Below are positions 33,566 through 43,920 of a stretch of 64,000 nt of DNA, one piece after another. Every line of letters begins with the position of its first letter. Position 1 is the first letter of the stretch. The stretch is taken from contig CAXXTH010000010.1 in NCBI GenBank assembly GCA_963668025.2, forward strand, positions 1,120,001 through 1,184,000, in the 5' to 3' direction. Source of the DNA: Candidatus Hydrogenedentota bacterium (GTDB lineage: Bacteria > Hydrogenedentota > Hydrogenedentia > Hydrogenedentales > SLHB01). The notes under the pieces were generated by a model. That model did no database searches and was not told the DNA's origin. It worked only from the letters and a program-made list of their open reading frames with translations. A program made the translations under genes and the position numbers.

Positions 33566-34501
33566 TCAGGCAGGTTGCGCATCCGCTAGGTTTCGAGCCA
33601 CAATTCGCTGTTTGGTGCAGCTCTTGGCTTGCAGCAAACTGCGCATAGCTTCGCCCAGCATGCCTTCCGGGCCATTGGAATGGCCGCTTTGGCAGGTGGC
33701 GATGCCTACGCTCAATCGGGCTACCGTGGGATAATTCGGGTCGGAGAACGTCGTCGAGTCCACCTCATCCATAATCTTCCCGGCATAGCACACGGCGCTG
33801 CCCAGGGAGCAATGGGGAAGCAATGCGGCAAAAACGCTGCCATCGTACCGCGCCACGACATCGGAAGTCCGGGAATAATTGCGGATCGACATCGCGAGTT
33901 CCACCAGCAAATCGTCCATCGAGACAGGCCCAAGTTCATCATCCACGGCCTGCACGTCGTCTACGTCAAACACGACGCAGGATACGGGATATTGGTATCG
34001 CTGGGCCTTTTCCATCTCTTCCGTGAGCCGTTCCAAGAGAAATTGCCGGTTGCGCAACCCCGTGAGCTGGTCCGTATAGGTGTTATCGGAAAACAGGGAA
34101 GGCTCGGCTTCGGCCTCGGCGTGCTGGAGTGAATTGCGAATCGCCGCTTCGACGCGCACCATCACCATGGGCAAATTAAAGGGCTTTTTGATGTAATCCA
34201 CCGCCCCTAATTCATACCCTTGAGCAATACTCTCCGCGGAACCTTTTACCGTGACAAAGATCACGGCGATATCGCGCGTTTTGGGATCTTCTTTCAAGCG
34301 GCGGCATACTTCGTATCCATCCATATCGGGCAGGCAAATGTCCAACAGGATGAGATCGATACCGCCTTTGCGGCAGATCTCCAACGCTTCAGAACCCGAA
34401 GTCGCTGAAGCCGCCTCATACTGGTTCAACCGAAGGCCTTCACAAAGAACGGCCGCAGTCTCTTCGCAGTCATCCGCTACACAAACTCGCAATTGCCGCA
34501 C
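33566..34501 (-). CDS. response regulator with REC plus degenerate GGDEF domain
   Basis: LLDICLPDMDG, DYI.KPF; DQLTGLRNR; active site reads RYDGSVF. Confidence 0.88.
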   Translation of the reverse strand: MRQLRVCVADDCEETAAVLCEGLRLNQYEAASATSGSEALEICRKGGIDLILLDICLPDMDGYEVCRRLKEDPKTRDIAVIFVTVKGSAESIAQGYELGAVDYIKKPFNLPMVMVRVEAAIRNSLQHAEAEAEPSLFSDNTYTDQLTGLRNRQFLLERLTEEMEKAQRYQYPVSCVVFDVDDVQAVDDELGPVSMDDLLVELAMSIRNYSRTSDVVARYDGSVFAALLPHCSLGSAVCYAGKIMDEVDSTTFSDPNYPTVARLSVGIATCQSGHSNGPEGMLGEAMRSLLQAKSCTKQRIVARNLADAQPA

Positions 34502-34738
34502 TGTTCACCACGCCTTTATGGTTTTCCCCACATTCGTTCATACTTCCTACATAAGTCTACCTTAATACGCTCTTCTTTGGCAAATGCCCGGCTAATTTTT
34601 GATCCGCCAGCCCATCCCTGTCATTTGCCCAGTTTACGCTTCGGCCCTTGCCTTTCATCCGTGCGTCTCTCTAGAATACATGCAGGACGCCATGCGGTGT
34701 CTATTGCCAGGCCTGCAACATAGGAGCGTCTACAAGGC

Positions 34739-35155
34739 GTGAGTGGCGCATTCAATTCCCGTCGGCCCCGGCGGCGGCCCTATATCAACATCACTTCCTT
34801 GATTGATGTGATGTTTTTGTTGTTGATTTTTTTATTGGTTTCTTCGACTTTTCGCCAGCAATATGGCATTGATGTCACTCTTCCTGAAGCCCGAACCGCC
34901 GAGGTGCAAGATGCGGCTTCGCATGAAATCCTGATTTCGCGGGAGGGGCGATATTATTTCGGCGGGGGTGAAGTGAATGAAGAAGAACTGCGCGTGTCGT
35001 TGCGGAATTTATTGAAGGAAGACCCTCAAGCAGCGATTATATTACGTGCGGATGAAGATGCCGATTTTGGTAAAGTCGTGCGCGCCATGGATATAGCCCG
35101 GCAGGAAGGCGGCATGCGGCTCGAGATCCCCACCCGTTACGCCGGTTCGGAGTGA
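34739..35155 (+). CDS. exbD: biopolymer transporter ExbD/TolR
   Basis: INITSLIDVMFLLLIF, LRAD, V.AMD.A. Confidence 0.88.
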   Translation: MSGAFNSRRPRRRPYINITSLIDVMFLLLIFLLVSSTFRQQYGIDVTLPEARTAEVQDAASHEILISREGRYYFGGGEVNEEELRVSLRNLLKEDPQAAIILRADEDADFGKVVRAMDIARQEGGMRLEIPTRYAGSE

Positions 35156-35195
35156 GTTTCACGGCGTGCCCATGATTTTTCATACGGCAGGCCAC

Positions 35196-35931
35196 TCAAT
35201 CCTCATGCGCCAGATTTTCCAACTGGGCCAGCCGTGCGCGGACCGATGGAATGCGTTCTGCTTCAGGGAAGCGCCGTACATATTCCCGCAACACCAGAAT
35301 CGCTAGTTCCGGATGGCCGAGTTCACGTGTGTACAATTCCACAAGGCGGTATGCCACCCGCAGGCTATGGGCCGGGTCGTTCATACGAGCCAGTGTTTCT
35401 TCAAAGCGTTCCGCCGCCTCTTGGGGGCGGCCCAATTTGAGGAGCATTTCCGCCGCGTGCAATCGCGCCAGCGGCTCCTTTGGAAACATCCGAATCGCCA
35501 GCAGATACTCGCGCGCCGCGCCCGAGTAATCGCCTTTCCGTTCGCACGCTTCCGCGGCGTTATAATCCGGCCCGTGATGTGTGTCCTCGCCGGAAGGCAA
35601 TAGCAGATTGACCAGGATGCGGGCAAAGAAGGACATGAACAACCGGCCGTACAAGACTATCGCGGAAATAGCTAATGCGCCCATGCCAAGCGCGTATTTG
35701 AGCGGGTCTCCTTTGAGCCATAACGCGAGCAGGGATGACTGATATATTAAGAATACAATGACTATCAGCAAAGCCATGGCTTGAATAAAAGGATGGGCGT
35801 CTCCATGCCCCAGCGCCCGCTGTCGCAGCAAAAAAAACTCCCCCTATAAAATAGGGGATAAACAATAGCCCCGCTACAATGGAGAATACATCAAACTCAA
35901 ACACCGCATTTCCATCCAGCACTATACCCAT
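35196..35931 (-). CDS. membrane protein with C-terminal TPR repeats; +1 frameshift at an 8-base run
   Basis: Removing one base from A8 at 35830-35837 joins MGIVLDG..FIGGVF to LLRQRALG..TM..TPR. Confidence 0.72.
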
Positions 35932-35956
35932 TTCGCTATCTCACGGGTGGGAGGAT

Positions 35957-36526
35957 TTATGTCGCTGCCGCGCGTGGAAATGGCGATTTCCATTCATCGA
36001 TAAAGAGTATCTCTTCCAGTGGTTTCCGGTTGTGCCCTTCCCGTGGCGGATCTAGTGGATACCCTATGGCGAGCAGGGCGGATACGCGCACACGGCGGGG
36101 GATGTTCAGAATACGCTTCACCTGTTTATCATTGAACCAACCTACCCAGCAGGAGCCCAAGCCCAACTCCGTGGCTTTTAGCGCCATGTGTTCGAGGGCG
36201 ATGCCCAAGTCTATCTGGTAGTATTCGATGCCGGTGACAGCGCTGCCTACGCGGTTGGCCAGCAAATCGAGGTCGGAGCAGCCCGCTATGATTAGAGGAG
36301 CGCTACGCATCCAAGGATTGCGCAATATAGGCAGCGTGGCTTCATCACATAAACGCTCAATCCGTCCACGGTCCGTCACGGCGACAAAACGCCAGGTTTG
36401 GCTGTTGCATGCCGAAGGCGCGAGCCTTGCCGCTTCAGCCATGGCGCGGATGTGTTCTTCTGGCACGGATTTCATCTCGAATCCACGCACGGACACGCGG
36501 GCGCGGATAATTTCATCTAATGTCAT
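35957..36526 (-). CDS. nitroreductase family protein
   Basis: AAGGAG RBS; R.SVR.F, APSACNSQ.W, LGLGSCWVG, IGYP. Confidence 0.92.
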   Translation of the reverse strand: MTLDEIIRARVSVRGFEMKSVPEEHIRAMAEAARLAPSACNSQTWRFVAVTDRGRIERLCDEATLPILRNPWMRSAPLIIAGCSDLDLLANRVGSAVTGIEYYQIDLGIALEHMALKATELGLGSCWVGWFNDKQVKRILNIPRRVRVSALLAIGYPLDPPREGHNRKPLEEILFIDEWKSPFPRAAAT

Positions 36527-36664
36527 GGCGGCTCCTTCTGGTTTAGCATCCAAATGGGATTTGGCCATAAGCAGTGTCAAAAACGCAACCTGCAATTTTC
36601 CCCAAATCGACGGATAAGATAGTTGTATCTTACTTAATTTCATTACAACCCGGTATAGGCGGTA

Positions 36665-36763
36665 TTTTAGCGTAGAGGCTCGGAGAACGCGGAGGTCCGC
36701 AAAAGAGTGGATTCTCTGCGATATGTTTCGTTCTTCGCGTTGAAAATGATTCAACTGTACCAA
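36665..36763. repeat. degenerate inverted 9-nt array element
   Basis: CGTAGAGGCTCGGAGAACGCGGAG ... CTCTGCG; end GCGTTGAAAATGATTCAACTGTACCAAG matches 19160-19187. Confidence 0.7.
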
Positions 36764-36905
36764 GCAGGCACCCGGCGATTAGGTTTTTTGCTCTCCTACA
36801 TGAGCTATGGCCTGTGTTGAGCTGAATTGCTTTTACGTACTATTCCTGAAAGAATGCCGTTTTACTTGAGGCTCTTGGTTTGATGCAATGCGTGTGGAGC
36901 ATGCC

Positions 36906-37916
36906 ATGGATGTACTGATTCTCGCAGGATTCTTGGGTTCCGGAAAGACGACGCTGCTGTTGCGGCTTGCGCATGCGCTTACGGCTTCCGGGAAGCTCCG
37001 TTTGGCCATCATCGAAAATGAGATCGGTGAAACGGGCATTGATAACCAAACGCTCGAATCGGAAGGGCTTCCGGTGCGTGAGATCTTCTCGGGGTGTATC
37101 TGCTGCTCCTTGCGGTTGGACCTTATTCATACGCTTATGGAGATCGAACGGCAAGGCCATGCGGACTTGGTGATCATTGAGCCTTCTGGGGTTGCGGGGC
37201 CCCAGCAAGTAGTAGACGCCATTCAAGGGTATGGAGGCACGATTCATCGGCGCATGGCGGCCGTGCTTGTGGACCCGCTCCGGCTCAGCAAGCTCGAGGA
37301 TATTTCCTTGCCCTTTATCGCGGGCAGCGTGAACGCGGCGGATCTGGTGGTCCTCAACAAGGCGGACGCCGCTGGCGAGGAGTTGCTGGAACAGACGCGG
37401 AAGCGGCTGCTTGCGTTGCGGCCTGATTGCCCTCTGATGGCCGTGTCCGCTTTGAACGGCGCAAATGTGGAAACCTTTTTTGAATGGGTGGAAGCGCGTC
37501 TTTCCGGGCCGGGCGTCCAGCAAGATGCGCCGATGGAATCCGCCGCTGGCGCGCCTCATTCGAATCCGCTGCCCGGCGCTACGGCGCGTTCCGCCAAGGC
37601 CGAAATCGGCTTTCAAGAAGCTCGGGAAGGGGCGTCATTCGCATGCCAGCTCCAAGAAGCTATGGCCGCCCTGCTCGAACGGTTGCGAAAAGACGGCTGC
37701 AGTATGGCTGGCCATGTCAAGGCTGTGGCGCGTGATCCAAATGGGGGGTTCCTGCTGCTCAGCGCTACGGATATCGATGGGCCTATTACCGCCAAAGGCA
37801 GGCTCGCACGGGAAGTGAAACAAGCCACTGTGACGCTTAACGCCATTGTGTTTGGTTTGAGTGGGGTGCAACTTGCCCAGCATTTGGAGATGTTTATGCA
37901 GGACGCGGGCGGATGA
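36906..37916 (+). CDS. CobW/COG0523-like GTPase metallochaperone with extra C-terminal domain
   Basis: GFLGSGKTT, IIENEIG, GCICC, IEPSG, NKAD; C-terminal GHVKA domain. Confidence 0.87.
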   Translation: MDVLILAGFLGSGKTTLLLRLAHALTASGKLRLAIIENEIGETGIDNQTLESEGLPVREIFSGCICCSLRLDLIHTLMEIERQGHADLVIIEPSGVAGPQQVVDAIQGYGGTIHRRMAAVLVDPLRLSKLEDISLPFIAGSVNAADLVVLNKADAAGEELLEQTRKRLLALRPDCPLMAVSALNGANVETFFEWVEARLSGPGVQQDAPMESAAGAPHSNPLPGATARSAKAEIGFQEAREGASFACQLQEAMAALLERLRKDGCSMAGHVKAVARDPNGGFLLLSATDIDGPITAKGRLAREVKQATVTLNAIVFGLSGVQLAQHLEMFMQDAGG

Positions 37917-37930
37917 CGCCCCTTATAGCG

Positions 37931-39661
37931 TTATTCCAGTGGGGCGGATGGTGGGGCGGTGTTGCGGTCCAATGGCTGTTTTATATCGACGATGTGCCCC
38001 TTGAACACATCCAGCACCAAGGCCACATGGGGATCGTGCTCCACGCGTTGCGCTTCTTTTGGGCTGACCAGCGCTTCTTCTTCCACGCTGGCCGGTTTCT
38101 TACCAGTTTCTTTCGCTAATTCGACGCGGAATGCCGACACATTGCCCGCAAAAGCGGATAACACCGCCAAGATGGCTTCATGATGCTCGGGCCGCTCCGC
38201 AATGGCCGCATTGCGTCCCTGGTGGGCGGGGAAGAGAAGAACCAGCGTATGGCCTTCGATAACCGACGGGGAGGCGGAGCCTATCGCCAAGCCAAGCGCA
38301 AGGCTATGCGACCCGATGCGTTGCGTGAGGTCTCCCCACTCGGAGGCGATGTCTTCGAGCGAGCGGTCCGGGGCGGCACGAAGAGGTTCCGATAAGGTTT
38401 CCGGCTGGATTGCAGCAGCCGCCTGAGGTTGTGGGCGGGGCGGCGCCGCCTGCTTAGGGTTTGCAGGAGGCGGATTGCTGGGCGGCGTATAAGAAGCCTG
38501 GCTAAGCCCGCCAGCACCCAACAATGCAAGCTTTTCAAGCACGGCGTCTAGGGACATCTCCACCGACACTTTCGATAGGCGGATGAGCAAAGATTCCAGG
38601 GCGATGCGCTGGGCGAGCTGGGAGTCGAAGTCTTTTGTTAATTCCGCGAATTGCTCGACAAGCCGGATGAGCTGGGTCAGCGAGAATAATTTGGCCCGTT
38701 CCTGCATTTCAGCGATTTCATCGTCTGGGAGGGCCAGTAAATCTTTCGGATCGGTGGTCTTGCACACCAGCAGATTTCGGAAATAGCGCAGAATATCTTG
38801 TACGAATTGGGATAAGTCTTTCCCGTTGGCCACAACCTCCTCGATTAGGCGCAGTTGTGCGGCCACATCCTGGGCAAGCAAGGCGTCGGAAAGGCTGTGC
38901 ATCACGCGCCAGTCCACCAAACCAAGCACATCAAAGACATCTTGGAAAGTGATCTCGTCGTCGCAGTATGAAATGACTTGTTCGAGGATGCTTTCCCCAT
39001 CCCGCACGCTGCCGTCGGCGGCGCGGGCTATGGCCTGTAATGCCTCCTCCGTGCATTTGATGCCTTCCGCCTCGATAATCTTCCGCAGCAATTCCGAAAT
39101 GCCATGGAGCCCTACACGGCGGAAGTCATACCGCTGGCATCGCGAGATGATGGTTGCAGGCACCTTGTGGGTCTCTGTCGTGGCCAGAATGAAGATGCCA
39201 TGTTCGGGCGGTTCTTCGAGCGTTTTAAGGAGTGCGTTGAAGGCCCCGGAAGAAAGCTGATGCACCTCGTCGATGATATAAATCTTATACCGCGAACTCG
39301 AGGGCACCATGCGGATGTTATCGCGAATCTCGCGTATGTTATCCACTCCATTATTCGACGCCCCGTCGATTTCGACTACGTCGATATTCGTGCCTGCGGC
39401 GATGCTGCGGCAGGTGTCGCAAACCCCGCATGGGTCCGGCGTCGGGGTGGGGGAGGAAGCGCAATTCAGGGCTTTGGCTAATATGCGGGCGGAAGTCGTC
39501 TTGCCGACGCCCCGTGTGCCGATAAAAAGAAACGCATGGCCAATGCGGCCCGACCGGATCGCGTTGCGGAGGGTCCGGCTGATGTGCTCCTGCCCGATCA
39601 CATCATCAAAGGTCTGCGGGCGCCATTTTCGAGCCAATACCCGGTACGAATCGTGGGCCAC
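37931..39661 (-). CDS. dnaX: DNA polymerase III subunit gamma/tau
   Basis: GTG start with RBS; YRVLARKWRPQTF, GTRGVGKT, EIDGASN, DEVH, SRC. Confidence 0.97.
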   Translation of the reverse strand: MAHDSYRVLARKWRPQTFDDVIGQEHISRTLRNAIRSGRIGHAFLFIGTRGVGKTTSARILAKALNCASSPTPTPDPCGVCDTCRSIAAGTNIDVVEIDGASNNGVDNIREIRDNIRMVPSSSRYKIYIIDEVHQLSSGAFNALLKTLEEPPEHGIFILATTETHKVPATIISRCQRYDFRRVGLHGISELLRKIIEAEGIKCTEEALQAIARAADGSVRDGESILEQVISYCDDEITFQDVFDVLGLVDWRVMHSLSDALLAQDVAAQLRLIEEVVANGKDLSQFVQDILRYFRNLLVCKTTDPKDLLALPDDEIAEMQERAKLFSLTQLIRLVEQFAELTKDFDSQLAQRIALESLLIRLSKVSVEMSLDAVLEKLALLGAGGLSQASYTPPSNPPPANPKQAAPPRPQPQAAAAIQPETLSEPLRAAPDRSLEDIASEWGDLTQRIGSHSLALGLAIGSASPSVIEGHTLVLLFPAHQGRNAAIAERPEHHEAILAVLSAFAGNVSAFRVELAKETGKKPASVEEEALVSPKEAQRVEHDPHVALVLDVFKGHIVDIKQPLDRNTAPPSAPLE

Positions 39662-39702
39662 GTCCACCTCTCCACTTATGATTGTTGTATCATGACAGAA
39701 AT

Positions 39703-39848
39703 AAGGTCGCGGAGCGGCCGGTTCAGGCCAGGCTTCCCTGCAGCACACGAATCAGTCCACCTACGGCTGCTTCCTTCCGGACCTGACCGAGTTTAGCGGC
39801 AATTCGTTGAGCAGGACCCAGCCGTCAACGCGGCGCGCCCCGCGCCTT
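39703..39848 (-). ncRNA. ffs: signal recognition particle RNA
   Basis: GGTCAGGTCCGGAAGGAAGCAGCC core; terminal AAGGCGCGGGGCG pairs with CGCTCCGCGACCTT; upstream of dnaX. Confidence 0.93.
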
Positions 39849-39921
39849 GGCACAGGATACGGCAAGGCGGTTGGATTAATCAAGTCTTATCCTCATTCTG
39901 GATTGTTTTTGCAATGAAGAG

Positions 39922-39953
39922 TACTTGACATTACAAAGTAAATGCATTATACT
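39922..39953 (+). promoter_or_regulatory. sigma70 promoter with a palindrome over the -35
   Basis: TTGACA(39925)-17 bp-TATACT(39948); TACTT-N9-AAGTA at 39922-39940. Confidence 0.7.
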
Positions 39954-40088
39954 TATTCTATATTCGAATTCGCAGTGCGGCGCTGGGTGGAAAAGACAGA
40001 ATATGTTCTGTGAAACGCTGGATCACATCGGTGATTCATGCAACTACCCATTTCGCGCGAGCGAAGGCGAAAAGAAAGGTAATCTAGC

Positions 40089-42491
40089 ATGCGCCGCTGG
40101 CTTATTGCCCTGACAATGATCGCGAGTCTCACCGTCATCGTGTTGGTGTGGACTCGGTTATCCGATGTCGGCCCACAATCAAGTCCCGGCGAAGCGGGTG
40201 TCAGCCGAGACTCCTCCCACGAGCCTGAAAATGCCGCCGCTGCTGATGAGACGCGAGAGCCAGTGATAAGCCAGGAGATGACGGGGCCTAGCGTTTCAGG
40301 TGCGGTAAAATACCAGGATACTGGCAAGCCCGTTTCCTCTATCGAGGTCGCGATTTGGAACTCAAATGCAGGCTCCGTAAGCACCCACACCGACGCGGAG
40401 GGCAGTTTCGTCCTCGAAGGACTTGCGCCGAATGTTTCATATGTGCTGGATGCCATCACTGAAGAGCCTGGGCTGATTACCGTTCGACAAGAGTTCCTCA
40501 ATCTGGGATTGGGAGAGTCTCGAACCGGAGTAACTCTCTTGGTGTGTAGAGTCGGCTCTATCTCAGGGAAGGTGGTGCGCAGACAGATCGCGTATCATCC
40601 GGAGCGGGCAAGAAGAGATGACTGCTCCAGCTTTCAAGATGCGCCGCTGGAAGGAGTGAAGGTAGTCCTCAGAATCGAAAAAGATCAGTGGTTTGAAAAG
40701 GAAGCTATCACCGACCCATCGGGGTGTTTCATCTTTGAGGGACTCAGACCAGCCGCATACATTGTCCGAGCGGATCTTCCACATGAACGCGTTGCGGCAG
40801 TGTCCGAGGAGCATCCCGATAGAAGCAAAACGATCTCCTTGAACGCTGGGGAGAACCGGAGAGATATCGAACTCTTTTTCAGAGCAGATTGTGTGTCGAT
40901 TGCCGGGCGCGTGAGTGCGGCCAGTGGCGTTCCCATTCAAGGGGCGAAGGTGAGCGCGACGGTCTCTCATCGAACGCTCGTCCCGTCTGATGATCTCGAT
41001 CCCCTTGACGGGACGAAATCGGAGACTGCTACTGATGAAGACGGCCGTTATCAATTGGATGGCCTTTACCCCGCAGACATGCGTTCAACGATTCACTACC
41101 TGAGTGGCGGCGGCCTGACTATGGACTACGAAGTGCGAGCATCCGCGGATGGATATGCGGCTGCACTCGTGAAGATCCCGGCATTTACTAGGGAGAACGT
41201 AAAAGATGCCATCGCCTTCATGGACTTGGGAGACGAAGAGGGCGAGGTAGTGGAGGTCCGCGAAGCGCCACTGGCTGCAAGTCTTGGGGGTGTACTCAAT
41301 GTAGACGTCATTCTCCAGCCTGAAGCAATGGTTTCAGGGCAACTGGTCGACACACAGAAACAGCCCATAGGCAAGGCGCGTTTACGAATGGTGTCCGCGG
41401 AAACCAGCACAGATGCTCCTCCTCTACTCATTACCCGCCCGCAAGCGCCTGATTGGACGGAGACCGATGAACGTGGGCAGTTTACCTTCCGTAACCTTCC
41501 AACAGGGTCATATCTGTTCGAAGTGTCGCGCGAATTTGAACCCAGTCAGCATGCACTCAATCCTCCCTTGAAGGTAGACAGCGGGGCGTCCTTGAGCAAT
41601 GTCTCCGTAGTAGTGGAGGCGATGGCCGATCTAGGAGCCCTGCAAGGACGCGTGGTGGACTCCATTTCGCGGAAAGCGATCAAATCATTCTCCGTCAAAG
41701 TCCTGCCGTTGGCTGGCGCGGACAATCGCGGTCCATCCAAGGGTGATGTCACGCAGGACGGCCAAGAAGAGGGCTCTTTTCTAGTAAGCGAAGTATCGCC
41801 GGGCGTACTAACACTTGAAATATCTGCTTCCGAATACGGGAGCGAGGTATTCGATGTAGAAATCCCTCAAGGAAAAGCTATTGCACATGACTTTCTGCTT
41901 AAGCCTGAGGGCATTATGTCTGGCCGGATCTACCAAAACGGTGTGGGAGCACCGGTCTACTACGTCTTGTTATCCTCAATAAATGACGGAGTGGGTGGGA
42001 CAGAAGAGGCAAGAACGGACGAGGACGGCAACTATATCTTCCGGCAGGTTCCATCCGGCAAATACGTGTTGCGGGTTAGTAGCATGGAGTCGGTTTCAGA
42101 CTTTGGGACCACCCTCCAAGTAAACCAGCGGACAGAAGTGGAGGTCCGTGCCGGGATGCAGACAAGCCGTGATTTCTATTTTGAAGACCGCGCTTCTGTT
42201 TCTGGGCGCTTTTCATGTTCCGAGCGTGGATTGAGGGGCCAGGTCGTTGTTCTCGACGGCGAGTTAGCCGATTGGAATGGTGAAGCAAGCAAGGACGAGC
42301 GCGTCCGTGCGTTGACGTGGGACACAGCAAAGGCCGGTGCTTACAAAATCCTTGGGCTTGAGCCGGGCACATATACCGTTATCGGCATATGCTACAAGGA
42401 AGAGAATTCAGGACGCCGCATAGTCGACAAACAACTGAGCGTCGTGTCATTGGCTGAAGGGGAAGAAGAAAAGATCGACTATGACTTCTGA
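40089..42491 (+). CDS. membrane-anchored protein with repeated carboxypeptidase-regulatory/Cna-B-like domains
   Basis: N-terminal TM; repeated (I/V)SG.V...TD..G.F...L..G.Y units. Confidence 0.85.
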   Translation: MRRWLIALTMIASLTVIVLVWTRLSDVGPQSSPGEAGVSRDSSHEPENAAAADETREPVISQEMTGPSVSGAVKYQDTGKPVSSIEVAIWNSNAGSVSTHTDAEGSFVLEGLAPNVSYVLDAITEEPGLITVRQEFLNLGLGESRTGVTLLVCRVGSISGKVVRRQIAYHPERARRDDCSSFQDAPLEGVKVVLRIEKDQWFEKEAITDPSGCFIFEGLRPAAYIVRADLPHERVAAVSEEHPDRSKTISLNAGENRRDIELFFRADCVSIAGRVSAASGVPIQGAKVSATVSHRTLVPSDDLDPLDGTKSETATDEDGRYQLDGLYPADMRSTIHYLSGGGLTMDYEVRASADGYAAALVKIPAFTRENVKDAIAFMDLGDEEGEVVEVREAPLAASLGGVLNVDVILQPEAMVSGQLVDTQKQPIGKARLRMVSAETSTDAPPLLITRPQAPDWTETDERGQFTFRNLPTGSYLFEVSREFEPSQHALNPPLKVDSGASLSNVSVVVEAMADLGALQGRVVDSISRKAIKSFSVKVLPLAGADNRGPSKGDVTQDGQEEGSFLVSEVSPGVLTLEISASEYGSEVFDVEIPQGKAIAHDFLLKPEGIMSGRIYQNGVGAPVYYVLLSSINDGVGGTEEARTDEDGNYIFRQVPSGKYVLRVSSMESVSDFGTTLQVNQRTEVEVRAGMQTSRDFYFEDRASVSGRFSCSERGLRGQVVVLDGELADWNGEASKDERVRALTWDTAKAGAYKILGLEPGTYTVIGICYKEENSGRRIVDKQLSVVSLAEGEEEKIDYDF

Positions 42492-42795
42492 TATGTCCGT
42501 TTGGCATGCCGTTTGGGCCAGTGAGGAAAGAGAAACGCAAACTATTTTTGCGAAGGGTCATGAACGCGTCCGATATTGTGAATCAGATTGCTCTCCTGAT
42601 CTCGGATGAAAACAAGAAAGGATGGTCCCCTGAAAAACTGACGTGGGGTTGCCCACAACCCCGATCTCTGAAATAATCGTCGCCGTTTTCACAAATGATA
42701 AAGCTAGGCTTATCAAGTTGTTACGCAAATCGCTTTAAAGCTTTTTGTTGTTTTTTACAAAAGCTGGAGTTTGAGGTGCTAATGAGAGGGAAAGT

Positions 42796-43398
42796 GTGAT
42801 GGAGATTAATCGAGCGCTGGAGCAAATCGAGGAGATTCATGGCCATCTAGCGAAAGCCGATATGTATCGGGGGTACAAAGCGCTGCCCGTGGCCATGTCT
42901 GGCGTAGTGGCATTGGCGGCGGCTGCCATTCAATCCCATCTGAATCCAGAAAATCCGGAGTGGGCCCACTGGATATATTGGATGGCCGTGGCGCTGCTGG
43001 CTGCTGCAGTAGCGGGCGGCGGCATTATTTATAGTTACGTGATGCAAGATAGCCCCCAAGCGCGGCGGCACACCCGCATCGTCGTGGGGCAGTTGCTGCC
43101 TCCTTTAGGCGTAGGCGCGATTGTGTACCTATTCGGCCAAAAGATGCTGCCGTTTTTGCCTGGGATTTGCGCTATCTTCTTTAGTCTCGGTATGTTCGCT
43201 TCCCGGCCCTATCTGCCTAAAATGATCGGCTGGGTGGCCTTGTATTACCTTTGCGCGGGAATGGCGGAGCTTTATATAACCGCGCCAAGTGATGTCGCCT
43301 TTTCGCCTTGGGCATTTGGCCTTATTTTTGGGATAGGACAGCTTTTCGCTGGCTTGATTTTGTATTGGAATCTGGAGCGCAATCATGGAAAAGGATAA
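42796..43398 (+). CDS. multi-pass membrane hypothetical protein
   Basis: About six hydrophobic segments; overlaps the downstream regulator. Confidence 0.8.
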   Translation: MMEINRALEQIEEIHGHLAKADMYRGYKALPVAMSGVVALAAAAIQSHLNPENPEWAHWIYWMAVALLAAAVAGGGIIYSYVMQDSPQARRHTRIVVGQLLPPLGVGAIVYLFGQKMLPFLPGICAIFFSLGMFASRPYLPKMIGWVALYYLCAGMAELYITAPSDVAFSPWAFGLIFGIGQLFAGLILYWNLERNHGKG

Positions 43399-43789
43399 CC
43401 AAACACGTCCAATGTCGCCAGGCCAATTTGCTTATGAAGGCCTGGATAGGGTCTTGCACGAAAAGGCCCGGCTCGGGATATTGGCGTCGCTGGCCTCGCG
43501 GCCAGAAGGCTTGCTGTTCAACGACCTGAAGGAGCTTTGTTCACTCACGGATGGCAATCTGAGTCGCCATCTGCAAATCCTTCAAGAGGCTGGACTGGTC
43601 GAGGTGTGGAAGGGATTCCACAAGAGACGCCCCCAAACGCTATGCCGGTTGTCGTCTGAAGGGCGCGAACGCTTTCTGGCATATGTGGCGCAACTTGAAC
43701 AAGTGATCCGCGACGCGGCGGTGCTCCGGGCGCAGTCGAACGAGCAGGCTGCGCCAGACATGCTGATGGAAAACTGGACTTCCGCATAA
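43385..43789 (+). CDS. winged-helix transcriptional regulator (HTH_34/ArsR-MarR-like)
   Basis: LDRVLHEKARLGIL, F.DLK....LTDGNLSRHL..L.EAGLV. Confidence 0.9.
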   Translation: MEKDNQTRPMSPGQFAYEGLDRVLHEKARLGILASLASRPEGLLFNDLKELCSLTDGNLSRHLQILQEAGLVEVWKGFHKRRPQTLCRLSSEGRERFLAYVAQLEQVIRDAAVLRAQSNEQAAPDMLMENWTSA

Positions 43790-43920
43790 CGAAAGTGATT
43801 CTGGCTACCAGAATGCTTTGTTGTGCAAAGATTTAAGATGGAGCATTTCTCAAGCCTTGGGAAGCGCTCTCGCAAAACAAGAACTGAATCTATCTATTTT
43901 TTCTTGGAAAGGGAGGCGGC

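Noticed and set aside
36527-36763. 79-aa N-terminal extension of the nitroreductase
   Set aside because: It runs through a repeat element; a strong RBS supports the start at 36526
37931-39661. Programmed frameshift in dnaX
   Set aside because: No A-AAA-AAG or long A tract noticed
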